DNA of 64,000 nt from Balanoglossus misakiensis (Eukaryota; Animalia; Hemichordata). The position numbers and the translations under genes are program-made. How positions within the stretch are numbered: position 1 is the first letter of the stretch; each line of letters begins with the position of its first letter. Below, one piece after another: positions 12,532 to 28,800 of the stretch. A model generated the notes under the pieces. It was not told where the DNA came from. It worked only from the letters and a program-made list of their open reading frames with translations, and did no database searches. The DNA lies in contig CM082576.2 in NCBI GenBank assembly GCA_040954595.2, positions 9,241,129-9,305,128 of the forward strand. Direction: 5' to 3'.

Positions 12532-13755
12532 TTCAAACGCTCATATACCCCAGTGACATCAGACACATTCAATAGTTACAGGATAATCTGCTGGTAGGCA
12601 CGCACAAAACAACTTTCATTTATGCATCAGGTCGGCTTTTCCAGTTTTCTCTTTTTTTTTGTATAGCATCTCCGACGCATGTAATCCAGCGTACAGATCC
12701 TCTTATGGGCAAGCTGTGTGCTGTTGGTAATTGACAAATTTCAACAGTTGCCACTTAAGACCGCTAGTCATTGTGAAATCATTTTGATACGAGGCAATCT
12801 GACACTGTTGAGGGTACGGCCAAATCCAGCTTAGATTGCAAACAAGTGCTGCGGAGAAGTAGAACTGAAATGACATCCCTATCAATCATGCTGCACTACG
12901 TCACGGCTGTAGGTATTACAAGAGAACTTTTCAATTCTAAAAAAAACCTCTTCTTTTCTACGCTGTTATTACTTCCTTGTTATTTCCAGCAGGGAATTGT
13001 AACAGACATCATTTGTATTTTCTAACAGCTGTAAAAAATATCAAATTTTACTAACGTTTTAAAAAGTTTATCAGAATTCTCAATATTTTTAATTAATCTT
13101 AAAACAGAAGGAAAATATCTCCAAACACAAAAAATATACACGCCACTCTTTAGAGATTGGAACAAGGGAACAAAACAGTCATGGATTAATCGTGGCAATT
13201 AAGCATAAGTCTACGCCTGCACTGCAACAGCTGCAATGAATACACATCCTCATAAATTGAGACATCAACATTCCCTTTTATTCAATGTTTGATGACTTTG
13301 ACCTTGAAAGCAAATCATCATCACAATTTAATGCATTTTATTTGTTGCATATGTTCAATGGTTGTAAATTTACATTTTAGTGTGCGTGGGCAATTTGAAA
13401 TTCTGTGACGTGTTGACCGCTAGCGGTGCCAGTCCAAAAATATAAAATTTTAGTAGCAGTTTATTTCCTTCGTGCCCACATTGAACATGACAGAGCTTTA
13501 GGAGCTGTGATAATGCGGGGGTACATTTGGTTCAGTGAAAGTCATTATTGAAACACCTCACTATATCACTCTGATATCGTCAACAACGTTCACGCTAAGG
13601 TTTTATTTGCACGCTAGTTGCACAGTGCGTGTCACACTCTGCTCTCACAGTGAAATACCATGTTTTGCGCACTTTATTTCTAGTCATACCGTTCAGCTTA
13701 TTAGATTTTGATACAAATGAAATCGAACCTCAAGAATAAAAGAAATCCTGACATG

Positions 13756-13787
<32 letters not shown>

Positions 13788-13845
13788 CCATCACCATCAT
13801 CATCATCATCATCATTACCACCACCACCACCATCCTCCTCATCAT
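13756..13845. repeat. Compound (CAT)n/(CAC)n microsatellite
   Basis: Seen directly in the sequence. Confidence 0.9.
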
Positions 13846-16800
13846 ATACAGAGTTCTCAAGGGTAATGAAAGAACCAGCATATCTGTTCTGTTCTATTTA
13901 GCTGACCACTTACTGTGAACTGTTTGTATCTTTATCCCAGAACTGTGTTCAACTATTGAGAAAACGTTTTTCAGCTGTTATTTATAAACCAATCAATTAA
14001 ATGCAGCACAGTTGCTCCTCCCATGCAATTAGACAAATGTGTCATTTATCACTTTACAAATAGTGGCATCACAGTCGCCTCCCAATAGCCAGCCAGTCTG
14101 CACGAAATCTTTATACAGCCCAGAGTTATACAGATCAATACTTCTCTCTTTTTTTTTTCTTAATACTTTGCGAAATCACAGTGACTCACAGAAGTTGACC
14201 GCAGTGAAAGTTCTGAGCTGCCGCGTGGGAAAGCGCGCCGAGTTAGGGGGTCTGACACGCAGCCGGATTGAGTTGAATATTGATGTGGTGACATAAAGTT
14301 GAAATAAACGATGGCAAGGACAGATATGTCTCCTTTTTTGAGTGCAGCTATCAAGGGGGTAGGTGCAATAGGGTTAATGTGGTGACAGTTTTCTGAGCCA
14401 GACAGAAAATTAGATTCCGCCAGCGGATATTTTAACCTGAAAGTGGCGTTTCTTCGCCACAAGTGATTCGCCTCACACCAAGTTGTTTTTTGTTTTATCA
14501 CAGGCGCAGACTCCACAACAGAAAAAAACACTCAAACGTTGTCTGATGGCTGTGACCAATGTGAGCCGGGCTTTATGGTTATTCCAAAATTTACTGCTCT
14601 TCTGTGTAGACGGATTAAATTCATCAACCGCTTTAAAAAAAATACCGTACCAGATGGCTCTGGGAGATTTATGTTTACTGCTCCCTTACCGATAGGTTTT
14701 AGTCTTCCAAGTATACACAGATAACAACGTCTCTGCAAGCCAGAAATTTAATAAATTTGTGGATCTATAAAGATAACTAACTGGAAACAATACTCCAAGC
14801 ATACACATACAAATGCATGTGAAAAACATGAAAAAGTAAAGCATTGTTTGGATACACCCGTGTAATGTGAATGTTTCCATTATAGTTTTTAAAAAAAGGG
14901 AAAACTATATCAGCTTTGTTTGTCGCAATGGTGAATTGAGAGGGGGTATACGCCCCAAAAGACAGACTGATTGAAAGGGGGGAAAATCAGATTAATTTGC
15001 AGACTATATGCCTTGCAAATGAAATCTGTACATTGTTAATTCCATAATTTGATAGAGCAATCCGACATGATATAGCTTTTAAGCTATAAAAATGTTTGGG
15101 TGGAAAACACGATGTGGCACTGCCATCTCGGATGGCAGACAAAGGCAGCGGGACTAAGTGAATTTCTTTTCACGCTGCACCACGTACTCCGTGTTGGCAC
15201 AGACTGACGGAACACCTCTTCCTGTACAAAGAACGGCAACGTCACAAGGTATCCTGTGCAACTAACAACGGATTTATGCGTCACTCTTTCTCGGGGCCTC
15301 GAATTTATGGAAGCCGAAAATTAAAACTGAACGCACTTGCGAGAGTGCACACACACAACGAGACCTTCCCTCGCAAGAATCCGTGATGAGGAGCGAAAAA
15401 GAAACTTGGGAGTTGCGAGCCCATGAATAATTCACAGGTGTTTGGGCTGAGCGCATCGTCGGGGAAATGTGACAGGGCGTATTAATAAGGCGGGCTGTTG
15501 ATACAATTTGTAATTTTAATGTAACATTCATAATTGCTGCCAGGAGTGAGAACCCTCGGAGGAGATCTCTCTCTACAGTCTCACATTTACAGCCAAAGCG
15601 TTTTTTTTTAGAAGCCGGCTCCCTTTCTTTCTACTCTGTTACGTCTAATGAATTTGGCATTATGGGTTATCCAAACTGCAAATCTGACCTTTTATGTCCA
15701 ATGCTGTTCCGTATCCCAAGGAGACGCAGTTGCACAGAAAATGGGGGGGATGAAACAAATGAACGACGTACCAAAATGGAAACAAGCCTGACAGAAAGAG
15801 CTTTACATGGGTATAATCCCCTGTTCGCCAGTGTTATTTCCTTTCCCTTACGAGTTCTCGGGTTTCAAAAGAAAAAATTACTCTGATCTCTTTCCTGTAT
15901 TAAAATTTCCCTATTCTCGGGCATGCGATGATTGCGAGTAACAATCCCAGCCCCCCGCTCAGATCACAATGCGAGTGGAGAGTGGAAAGTTGACCGGCTG
16001 AGATGAGTCCCTGACTTCCTGTTCCACGGGCAGTGATTGCAATTTCCACGGCGCGAGTCATACAGCTTGGTGCGTTCCAAATTGAAAGTGGGTGAATTAG
16101 AGAGTGGAGCAGAACCGAGACACACACACAGAAAAGCAGAATTGGGCAAATTATCCCAATTTAGGGGAATTGTCTGACTAATAAAAAACCCAGTCTCTAC
16201 CGGCAAAAATTATACCGTGTGTAATTTTACTTTTTCCTCTGTTCATTCTGCAGGGTTTGTTAAATTCAATGTGATGACGCTGGCAGCAATCTTCCATACA
16301 GTCTATTTAATGGCTGGGGCCAGGAAGCCAGTAGCATAATAAGCATAATTTGTCTTGACCTCCAAGTTTATATGCGTAGTGAATGTCTAAAATAAAGTAA
16401 GGGGGGGGGGGACTCTTGCTGCAGGAGTTTCACTCGTGACCTTCGATTTTACGTTATGCGCAATGAATGCCTAAAACAAGTAGGAAGAACTCTCGTTGTG
16501 TGTGGGGGTTTCGCTCGTTTCTGAAACAGGAGATTGTCACAATACATGTACTCGTGTCCAATCTGTTATCTGAACTTTTGAGTTTCCATCTCTTCGTCCT
16601 ACTCAGGAGGGCAAATCCCCATGGTTATACTCAGCTCACGATGCGTTCCGCGCATTCATAAACAAAGGGGTCGAATCACAATTGCTTTTGAAGATTTTCT
16701 TTAAAATTCCATTGTGTTGCCTGGGAGTTTCCAAATCAGTATTCCACGTCTGCTAGCCTTAAAGCCTTGCAGTCATCTCCGTGCTTCAAGAAACGATGAC

Positions 16801-19800
16801 ATCAACTGACTGACTCACTCAGAGAATCAAATTGTGTTGATTTTCTATAAGGCCAGAAAAAAACTCTCAGCGGAGTTCGCGCTGAGGGCACGCTTCTTGA
16901 AATAATAAATTTTGCATGTTTTAATGTCAATTGAAAGGTATCTGATGCATCTGGAATGAAATCATTTTCTAATACACAAATCTAATAACAGTTCCTTATC
17001 AGCTGCATAAGGCTGGTGACAGACAAGCGATAATGTTAATATTTTTTTTCTCTCTCGCTCTCACCGCCCGAAGAAATATCTATAAATTGACATTTCCTCC
17101 GAGTTTTTCTTACAATCATCGAGCAAATGAAATCAGTGAAACGCAGCACCTTCGACGAGGACGTCATCAGCTGCCTAAGTTGGAATAAATTGGTTTTGTA
17201 ATTAGAATTTATTTCTGCGGTAATACTTTAACAGGATCCTGAGACAATAAATCACCACGGGGTAATCATTCTGTAAACATGCCCAGTAAGATGAGCTGGT
17301 GGCACACAAACAGAGGTGCTAATAAGATAGCATTACTTCAGAGGCAGAAGACAAACACGGCTCGGTGAACTCCCCACACAAACCCTTTCAAGTCCGACTT
17401 GCCCTCCGCTCACCCGCCCCATTTTCCCATTTCCGAACGTCGCGCACGCCTTCTTTGCTCTGATTAACGGGAGGAATATGGGCAGAGTCACTGCAAACAA
17501 CCCCTGGCTTCTATCAATGTATGTTTCTTTTTTAAAGCCACTTGCACTAATTCTCCCCCCGATTCAACGCTCAATCCCGCAAATCAATCAGCGTTCCCTT
17601 ACATTGTATATATATATGTGATAAACACTCTGGCAGAATAAATTGCTCTGGGTCATAATTTTCTGAAACGTAGCTAGATTAATTGTCCGGCGCCTACTCC
17701 CTTTTGCATTCAGCTGCAGCGCTGCACTTCAATCAGAAAAAAGGAACTCAATGTAAACAAAAATTCATCCTTGGAAACACTGCGGCAGGTTTCTCAGGGA
17801 AACGCGAGACCTGGAAGGGTGGAGGCACCTTTCAGACTTATCAATGTCACTCACAGCGAAACAACATGAAATATCTTATATTGCAAAATTTCAAATTCGT
17901 GCTCGAACATTACACAGATTTTTTTTAAATGACTGAGACCAATCTGTCTAAAATATTTAAGTACACTGCAGTTGCATGATTGGGGCTACATCAGATATTA
18001 ATCTGCACAACCATGGTGCAGTCGTCGGCTCTTTTGAGTGCCACTTTTCCCTCCAACGTAACTTTCCACTTCATCGGCACTTCCTCCATCATTTGAAATT
18101 GTTCAGTTTTTATTTCAATACTTTGATGATACGTTACATGATGGAAAAATCACAGTCCATATAAATGTAACTTTATTAGATTCTGAAGCAATTTCGACGG
18201 AGTCATATCGGCGATTGTTAGAGGCCCGAATTATCTCTTATTTCTGCGTTTCCTCCCAGCGTTCATGAATAAATTGTATTGAGATGCGTGTTGTGTTTTT
18301 ATTTCAGCCTGCTTAAAAAAACTAGTGACGTCTGAATGCAGTTTCCATGGTGCGTTCGTCTGGTGCAGCACTAACTGCAGGCGGTGACGCTATGTTACTG
18401 AACATCTCTATTAAAAAAAATACAGGATTTTATTACCACAGCATCCCTTTCAAGCCATTGTTCCAGTTGGCGTGACACATTAGTGCCGAGCTGAGAGTTT
18501 TTTGTTCTGAATGGAGTTGGAGAGAGAGGTGCCTCTTACGACCAGGTCACAGACAGTTTTAAGTACGACCGCCGACCTTTCCCTCACGTTCTGATTTGAA
18601 TTATTATACTTTGAGCAACTTATCATCGATACAATCGCCATTTTCATTTTTATGGGATGAAATTTAACTTGTGGCATTTTATAGGTTCCCCGACTGTTAA
18701 TGTCCAGTGAAGACCTTGAGTTTTTTGTTGAAGTTTTGTTGGGTGGCTTTGTCTCTCATGACAGGTGCTGAATATTTAAAATTCTAATGGGCTGCCAGTG
18801 CCCAGCACTTGTCTGCTCTGTGTGAATATGTGTGCATGTTGTATATACATTTTGTAGCTTTAGAGTCTACATACAACACTTGCACATGCTGGCATGACTA
18901 AAAGTGCAGGGACATATATGTTACACAGTGCGCATGCATGTGCATCACTGCGACAGGGGCTTGTAACAAATTAACAGGTGAACCCCTAGCTTTCCAAAAA
19001 TGGCACAGTCAGACCTCAGGCTGTGGTAGCTGCCATGATAATCTCGAAAACAGAAAAAAACATAGCCGTAAGATTAATATTTCCATCACTATTGAGTTTC
19101 ATCCTAAGCAGCCGTTACTGCAAAAATCAAGCCTCTGGGAAAGCTGTTAATATTATGCGATACACATGCAGCTTTGGTAATTCTGACCCAATCCCTGGGC
19201 AAATACCCATCCGTTCTATTAGTGAAATTCTATTTAATAAAACATATCTCTCCAGATATGGACTGGGGGATTTGTAGGAACAAAGACTTCAGAGCTGCTT
19301 TCTCCGCTCATTTCGTTCTGTCAACTTAGCACGACAAAATCAACTGGAAAAAAATGAGCAAAGGAATGATAAGCAAATATATCACAGCCTCTCTATTATC
19401 TGACTTTGCGGGGGGAAATTGATCAGATTTTCATTCCGATCCCATATTCTAAGGCTTCATTAAAATTACATGGTTACTGGGATATTTCATTATCACGGTC
19501 ATACAATTTTCATTGCTGACAATATGCCGAAGTCTCCCCCTCCCGAAAGTTTAATCCCGTGAAAAAATATCACAAAATTACCTGCCAGAAAATTTATTAG
19601 GCAAATAAATTAATAAACATGTAAATGATAATCAATATTCAGCACTATTCACGGCATTATCAATTTTTATGTCTGTGGAAATTAACTGTGGAAAATTAAT
19701 CCAATAAGTGAAGCATTAGTTTGATTCGTAATCTGACAACCGGCATTCACATGTGGTTCCGCTGGATTTTGAAGAAAAAAAAATTCCTTTGTGTCCGGCA

Positions 19801-22800
19801 GAGTTATCTCGCCGAAGCATGGAAACTTTAATTTATGGCGATGTTCAGCGCGTCGTGGCTCCTTTCAGATTTTTTTTTTAACGGCTGGTGGAGGATGAGA
19901 AACGCTGCCGTAATTGCATGGGAAGAGCCAGGGTTCATTGATATGCAAAATATACATCCTTGGCGTCATAATTCATGACATGTCACTGGGATTCAGGAAA
20001 TGATGCTACTACACTGAACTAAGTTACTGGACTGTAAACTATCCGCAGTACAAAAAAAATACATGGAAAACTTTTATTAATGTCACTGGAAACCTCCCGA
20101 GATCATGAATCAGACAAAAACAGGCTTTTTTTTCCTTCTGTATGTGTATGTGTGTGTGTTTGCCTGCCAGAGCTTGCATTCATAGGTTTCGATTGCATCG
20201 GCCAGGATGGGGGCTTTCATAGAGATATTTGCCTGAGGCTGGGATTGAGATTACAGCGAATGAAATCACATCAGTGGGAGCTAGGGTAGAGAAACAACGC
20301 ATAGCATACTAACACACACACACCATGCAGATACAAGTAATTCTCACGTTACAGGCACTTTTTGTCAATTTTTTTTGCTTGTATTTCTTACCCAGCAAGG
20401 AGCCTTCGGATTGCCATATCTGAGATATGACACGGTAGGCTGGGTTGATTTTGTGCCGCTGTGTTGATATTTCTTTTGTGCCCGCCCCATTAAATTGATC
20501 CGCGGCTACCTGCTGGGAGGCGCATTGTCAGGGCCGCAGAAAAGAAACAAAGGATGGCCAGGTCCCTGGCTTTCTGTGCGAGTGCCAATGGATGGTGTTT
20601 TGGAAGTGAGAATGCCAACAGCTCCACGCGAGAGAAATTAACACTTTTGCTCTTTTTTCTATTGTACGTAATTGAATAGATGGAGATGACAAGGTTGAAC
20701 ATCAAAGACAAAGACGTGCGCCCTGTGTTAATTTTTTTTTTTCTCATCAGAACTAATGCACCCTCTGAGATCCATTACTTTGGCGCTCTGCTTCATCAAG
20801 CATGCACAGAAAAAGCTCGCCGAAACATGCTACCTTCAGGCTTCCCCTGCCTACTCACAAAGCCACTGAACATAAAAAAGAGTATTATACACCCCTGCCT
20901 GATATCTTTCATTCTGATTGCCGTGTTTTTTGCCCTCGTGTTTTCTCAAACCAGTCACCCTCGTGATTTCCAAGCGAGTTAAAATGTCTCTCTCCTCGCT
21001 CTTATAGACTCCGATTTGATGGGGGGGGGGGGATGTTAAAATGAAAAAAAAGAAGACCCCTGGCAAAATTTGTAATGCTTATCTATTCGTGAATGGCTGG
21101 TGTGCTTCCTTTGTTCCGGTGTAGCAAACATCTGCAATATTTGATACGCTATGAAAACGAATAAATGGAATTCACACACATGCACCTTGAAAGCCTGTGG
21201 CAGTTTTTTTCTCTCTGAGCGTCGAACGCGGGAAAAAAAAAAGATGAACCGTTTCCATCTCAGTCTGCAACTTTTTTTTAATAATTTGTCGACCACCGAT
21301 TCAGTTTCTTCCCTAAGGGAAATAAAGGCAACGGTACATACAGGCTTACAGCTGGTTAGGAAACCTTTGTCTGCCCGCTGCCCTCCATTCAAAAGTGTTC
21401 AAATAGAGCCAGTGAAATCAATATAATGAATTTGCCGCCCGCACAATGCCAGCAGAATTCAAATTCTAACCAACCTCGGTATCGGTACACACATCCCCCC
21501 CCACACTAGACCGTCTGAAAAAAGACTTTCCTAATCGCCTAAAACAGTCGTAATATTGTGGGGAAATTCTATTGCTAAATTCGGCGATCACTGGAGACTG
21601 GAAACCAATATACGGCAACACAGATAGCTTAGGCGAGTCATTAGAAACGCTATGAACAGCACTGGGGGAAAAACTGATGCTTTTAAATACCTGTCACTTT
21701 TTATAAGTATGTTGATGTATATATTATACAGCATTAATTTACTGAGTCCAGTCTAATTTATTTTTGCTCAAAAATGAAATTATTCTATTAATATTGATAA
21801 ATTATGCCTGCTCGTTCATTTATAATGAAAGCAATTAAACATTCCAAAGTCTTTAGTTCGATCGTTTCCAGTATTATTATTGGAATGCTGAATTATCTAC
21901 TTTTCGCATTCAGGCTATTTATTGGCCGTCATAGAGCCTTTAAAGAGGGAAATTAGTTTTATCTTTGGCAAATAATGATTCAGTTGGTACATTTTATCAA
22001 AACATTTGTCATCGCCGAGAGTGGGGTAAGCAAAGCCACTACATCCGGACTGATGACAGTTTGTAATGTATCTGTTGACGGTGCTCTTTGTCGGCACGCA
22101 AAGTCCAAAGAAAACCATTATATTCTCCTTTTGTTTTGAGAGAAAAATAAAATCTCCCTCATTAAGTGACATCAGCCTGACTAAAACTAATACCAGAATT
22201 GATTAGGATCTAAAATCATTAGAGAGATATCTTGGAACAACATGCAAACACGTTTAAATAGAAACCGATCAATATTCCATTGAAGTTGAGAAATCACCCG
22301 TTTCAGATAGCAATAAAATAGCTTTTATTTATAAAAGGGGAGAATCACTTCATCAAAACAATTCTTCAGAGACAACTGGTTCGGTTTCTTTTCTGCGCAT
22401 CCATCGGTTTAAACACCATCAATAAATCCATACACGGCCGTTCAGCAAATGCAGAATGAAAACGGACCCGCATTGGCTTTTTCACTCAAAGATACAGAGA
22501 CAATGGGAAGTTACACGGGTTACTTTCACAGCTTTTCTCATCTCAGGAAATCACAGTGGATGCACTCAGTGCCTCTGAACATGGCCGACAAACGGGTTGA
22601 TTTTCAGATTTATCGACCGTTTGTATAGATGCAGTCTCTGGGAATGCATTTCAAAGCAGCAATCGAAGACACTGGGCATTTTTCTAGCTGCATTGTTTCC
22701 GCCACGTCGTGAGGCACAATGTCTCGAAAGTGTCACCCATTATTTATTCTGAAAGGACAAGCTCGAGGGGCGGCGTGCAAATCCGCGCTCCTGGACGGTG

Positions 22801-25800
22801 ACAATTTAATGCGGGGAAAAAACCTGACATTTGTGGACACATGGCGGCATTCTGAGTGACAATGCTTTTAACAAGATTTCCTCTTTTTTCTTCTTCTCTC
22901 AAATGCCAAAGTGCGCTTTGGCGCAAAAGTGGCATTTCAAGAAACTGCGAAAATGCAAAAAAATGGTCAAGGAAACATGTTTCAAAAGGCTTACATTAGA
23001 GATGACGACTAATAGGCATCTCACTAGAATCTGGCGACAGTATCTTTTTTGTCTTGCTAAGATTGATCAGGACTCAAACAGGTATAATTATACAAGCGAT
23101 TATGATCGTTTGATTTTGATGCAGGTGTCGGTGGAGTTTCATACGTACTTCAGACAATTGCAGGTAGACACACACCTAACACATTCCATTCACAGCTCAA
23201 TTACCGAGACAAAAGTGATCCATTTCTGATATCTGCGTCTCAGTTTCGATAAAAAGCTACACTGCATCAGAGAGAATGGCTGCCTACGAAGAATTTATAA
23301 GTAAAACATCAGGGTGAGGGATAACTTGCACTTGCTGATCATTAAATAATAATTAATTTTTCATATAATATAACAAATACAATAAAAGTAATCCCAATGT
23401 CTGCCACTGTTATTTTTGCAATGATATAACTGAATGCAAAGAGCTGCCTGCTCAGAAAGATGCTTTTTAAAAACTTAATATTGTCAAGGACAGGAAATAA
23501 ACGACGTGTGATGAACGCAGAGAGTCACAGCGGGGTCATTCAGAATTCTGACAGCATCCACGCACTGATGGAAATGTTTATCTTTCCAATAAAATACAAA
23601 TTATATAAAGTGAGACAGTAAAAAGTTCAGCAGTAAACTGAATGACGGTGGCACTTTACGGCCGCTGATAAGGAAGTATTTTATGATGATGCCGGGGCAA
23701 CTCCCTGTGTGCCCTTCATGGTGGAAATGTAATGATGGGTCAATATCCATATTCATTGGTGATTGGCTATTTTCTACCTGCCTGAGACCATTAAGGGGGT
23801 AGACGCTATATATTTTTTTTCTTACGCTGAATTGTCAACGGGCTCATCACGAGTGGCTAAGCGTCGTAAAAGGGAGACAGATATCTGGGGCAGGGCCTGA
23901 TGACTCTGCTGAGTAGTGTAGCTGTCACGGAGGGAAAAAAAGAGAGAGAGCACAAACAGTCTCATAGTGTTCCCATGGCGATACAGGCGATAGATCAAAA
24001 CAACATTGATCTCGCCAAGCCGAGGAAGTATCCACTGCTCTTAAGGAATCTGTTTTCGTGTCAAGTGACGAGAAAACTGAAAGAATCGTGCTCAACAATT
24101 AAGATTGTGTCAGCGACAGCTTTTCGAAAAAAAGAGGATTTTGTTTTGCTGTCATCATCACTGTCACAGCGGGGTCACGTCTTTTACTTTTAATGTGTCA
24201 GGATATTTGATGGACTACCTGTGTTCATGAAATCTCAAGGCAGTTGCTTTCATCAGCAACCACCTGAAAAGTTATAATCTCCCGGAGCAAAAGGTCAAAC
24301 CGCGCCATCATTTTCTTAAAGTGAACTTAATACATAATTACTTTTCACCAAGTAATTGTTGGTGGTTTTCTGCCGTTTATTGAAGAAAATTTTCTCCCGG
24401 GCTACCGTAATGAATTACGGCGAATGAATGATCTGTGCACAGAAATGTTTTAGATGGAAAAAAATAAAATAAAGTCCAGGGCATTGATTGCGAGCAATTG
24501 GGTATATTTGATGACGCTAAATGAGAAATTTGAAAATAGCTCAATAGTGTGCCCCGAATATGCCCTAGAATTATGACGTTCAGTGTATCGACAATTACAG
24601 CTCACCACTCATATGTTTAACTCTTACAAGAAAACTGCGGGACTCCTACATTCTGATGCCACCATGCCTCATATCATACTCGGGGGAGGGTGGGATTATA
24701 TTAAAAATCCAGTGTGGAGAGAACCGCGTCACTTTTTCCCCCCTCACCTGACTGTCACGCCCGCAAAATTCCCTTCTGCAAAACACATAACACGAATGAT
24801 GGATACACTCCTGACACCTTGTGACTTGTTTAAGCCATCTGTTCTAGCTCTACGGTGCGGAGTTTAATTTTGGATATCTGATTGGTAATTTCCTGCAGGT
24901 TTTCGTTCTCTGCCCGCGTCACCAAATTGATAAATTTGCAAGCCGGGGTGTGACATGGTTTCTCAATGATCACTGCACACATCACAACTGTACATAGCGG
25001 GGTTACCTACTGTAAAATCTGTGCTCTTAAAACTCGCCACACAAAACACACCATTCCCTCCCCTTTAACCCCGTGCAAACTTTCCCCCCTAAAGCGATCA
25101 AACTGTCACCATAGCAACCAGGATGTGTGCACAGGCATATCATCGCGTCAAAACTATTGTGGCTAAATTTATGATAATACGGGATAGCGTATGAGCGTGC
25201 GTGCTTTGTAAAAGGGGAGCTAAATTCTTAAACGATAGAGAAATAATAACGGCTGTGATTCAGTGCGGTACTGCGCGGACCTAATCAATGCACGAATTTA
25301 AATATTTGCTCGCGTCTGGCTGGATGGGCTGAACAGGTCATCCGTACGGCTCTACATAACGCTAAACTTTGTTCTCTCTTTTTTTTTCTGTTGTTGACGT
25401 AGCCGGGGCTGACTCATTTGTAGTGGTGTGTGCATATATGCAATCATCGCATCCATGCTTACTTTAATCCCTGCAGGCAAATCGTACCTGCGTGGTTTCT
25501 TTGAAATTCAAGGCTTTCCATTTCCCAGTGGTCCAATGAATTAATAGTCCAGTATTGTGGAATTAAGCCCCAATCACACCGTGACTCAAAGACCGCCAGT
25601 GGGGGATTACTGTGCACATACACTCAAGCAATTTGTCCAAAATTGCATGCACTCTTCTTAAGTTTCCATTATTGCGCTAACTTATGCTGCGCGGGCTGCT
25701 CCTCGGACGACCTGGAATTCATTACCTTGATTACGTATGCCTCCAATGTTTTAGTTCCGAATTAAAATTCCCCAGGATGACTAAATATGACTTGAGCTGG

Positions 25801-28800
25801 TAACATCCCCAATAAATATTTAATTAATTTAGCTTTCTATTATTTTAATTATGTACAAATCTTTCTTGGGTGGGTACTAATCAATGCACTGGTATATCTG
25901 GGTATAATATGCAAATTGGGCTTGAGCCAGCGAGATTGAGTCGGATTAGATTGGGAGTTGTCACTGTACTCCAATCAATAATTTCTGCAGCTTGACTTTT
26001 ACTCGGGAAAACACAGAATTGCCATTAAGGCGACATGCTCCGAGGTGTGATTCTGCATGGAAAATTGAACGGTTTGTGCGTATATATAGCCGGTGGAGCT
26101 CCGATACAACCTTAATCCAATCTGTGACTTGATTGCTCCCACAGAGCAAACATCGCTGGAGAGCGTTCTACAATCAGGCCGCGTTGAATGCCGGCCACTC
26201 GCGAAAGGCGCTCCCGTAATTCCGCCGTACCTGATGAGCAATTTGAAGCTTCCCAGCGTGTGGGGTACAGGTAGTTTAATCTCTTTGAGTGCTCCCCACC
26301 GTTCGCCCTTTCTCTACTCCAACACGACTCTCCGGGAGGCCATGCAGCGCGAAAGTAGTTTCATCAAATTCCTGTTAACACATAAAACCGACCGATATTT
26401 TCTCCGCGTGTCACACAAATTGGCTGACGCTTTAAATCACTGATGAATTCATTTACAATATGTTACTCCAAATTCCCACTTCTGACCTACAGCTCAGAGG
26501 AAAAAAAAACAATCAAAACCGCTGCCGCAATATTCCTGCCTATTCTCCGAGTGAGCGGCAGTTTTTATAGCGCTCTTTCACGTACTGACAGCGCTAATAT
26601 CCCCTGTGCATTTTTAAATTTATACTTTGTTCAATGAAGTCATTAATCAACTCCTTGTGAAAAGTAAAAAGGGGAAGGTCTCCGCTTTGCTGACAGCTTT
26701 TGAGTTCTTGACATTACTCCCAGAAGTGCAGCTAAGAAAATATAACGTTCTCCCGCGGAAAAAAAAATACAAGTATCGGTGATTATAATCCCTCCTCAAA
26801 CGCAGAGAGACTTTGACTCCGGGTTGACAAGATTGACAGACACGGGTGTGAGTTCTGTGTTTTGAGCTTACTTTAACTTGAATAAAAAAATCTGCAGCAT
26901 TCAACCACTGGATCAGTGCCGTATTTGTGCGGTCTCCGTTACTTTCTAAGCTGGCACAATGGAGGAATGTCAGCCAATCTCACTAGCCTGGAATGTAAAT
27001 GTATTTTACGTGACCTTTACAGAGTTACACAGGAAAACATATCAGAAGTATTTCTTCTTGTGTGCATATTCTATGGCAACTGTTATTAGATTGCAGTGTT
27101 CAATACCATTGTTGGCCGTTCGTATTGACATTTTCACTGAGATACATCAAAGGACGTGATGAAGCATACTCTGCTCTAGTTACTGGGGAAACGCCGTCGC
27201 CGGGGCAACCGTTTGCCACCTTCAGCTATTCGCAGCACACTATGAAATCAGCAACATTTTGACATTCTTAATGGACAAGGCAGCACAAAGATGTGTTACA
27301 GGCTTGCACACAGACAATTCAACATTCAGTTTTAATACGCGTTTACTTTTTTTCCCCCTTCTGTCTCCGTGTAATAGCATTTACCCGCTTTGGACAAAGG
27401 TCAGAAAGGTCACAGACTTCGCTTCTCTTTGCATCTCCACTTCATATAAAAAACACCCCTCTGTGAGTGATGTGCCACTGAGAATAGGTGTCACAGCTTT
27501 TCACTTTTTTTTTCTCTCTCTCTCTCTCTCACTTGGCCACATCATCTGCAAGGCTCCAACAGGATTTACAAGTCGAAACCTATTATTGAACCTCTTCTAC
27601 CCCAAATCTCAGCCAGCTAGCCTACTTTGTGCTTGATTGGAGCTCTTTTACGGCAATGAAAACAACTGCAGGAAAATAATCAGCGATGGCAATCAATTTA
27701 CAGCCTTAAAACTGCTGATAGCCGAATGCAATTTCCTAGAGGACACAAATATTGCACCCACACCACAAAATACAAACTGCTGTAAATGATTTATCCTCGG
27801 TGAAGGCGAAACGCGGCAGTGTTGGATTTTTCTGTTTTATACACCATCGTTTTTCATTACGCCTGGCGAGCTCAGCGATCCGGCTCCCTAATTTGAAAAC
27901 AGGTTTCAGAACCATTTACTCAGTGAGCGTGTTACAGAGCCAGCCAAATGTACGTTTTTGTAGCCATATAAAGAGGACAATATATTCAATTTGATCGTTT
28001 TTTCTCTGTGGATTTAACCTGACAAGTTCAGCCTGGGTAATACACTGCACGATTTTTTTTCTCTGAGCGCAATTTCCCTTCACAAAATGGCAACACACCT
28101 CTACTGGAAGAGAAGTATGGAAATTTAATCAGGGGTTCAAAGTAATAGTGAATTTTTGCAAGTGAGATTAGAACAAGCATTTCTTTTTGGAGGGATTTTT
28201 TAGCATGCGCTCCCAATAATCCCTTTTGTTTTGTACAGAAACTGTGGATGTATGCATAGCTTGTTCTCCCCTATTTGAACTGGCGATGCATTACTAATAG
28301 ATTGCGAAAAATCACAATCATATCAGCAAACAGTTCTGGGGGAATTTTATCTCTGATATTTTTTAAATGAAGGAAAGCAATGAATGAACGTTCGGGACTA
28401 TATAGCACGCTGATAAAAAGCGAAGTCATTTTGATTAAAACTGCCAATTGAATCTTTGTCATACACTGATTTCTATGTATATTCCTCCGTCATACAATGC
28501 ACGTGGTTCTGTAGTCCCGTTCTAAATTAATTTTAATGATTGATGGAGCCGTACGAGTCGTCATTATTACGGGCATATTGCCGGTGTAATACAGCTGTCA
28601 AAATTATTTGCTCTTGTCCAAATCTTGGAATTGTGTGCATAAGACGGAGTTGGCTTGGAAACGCACGCAGCGGACTGTGCGTTTTTTTGCATGCCTTGCG
28701 TAGCTGCATATCACTTTACAACATCCTCCTGTGCAAACCGTGTGGTGACTAAGCGCCGAGACACAAGAACAGTGGAGAGAGACTGATTATTTGTATATGC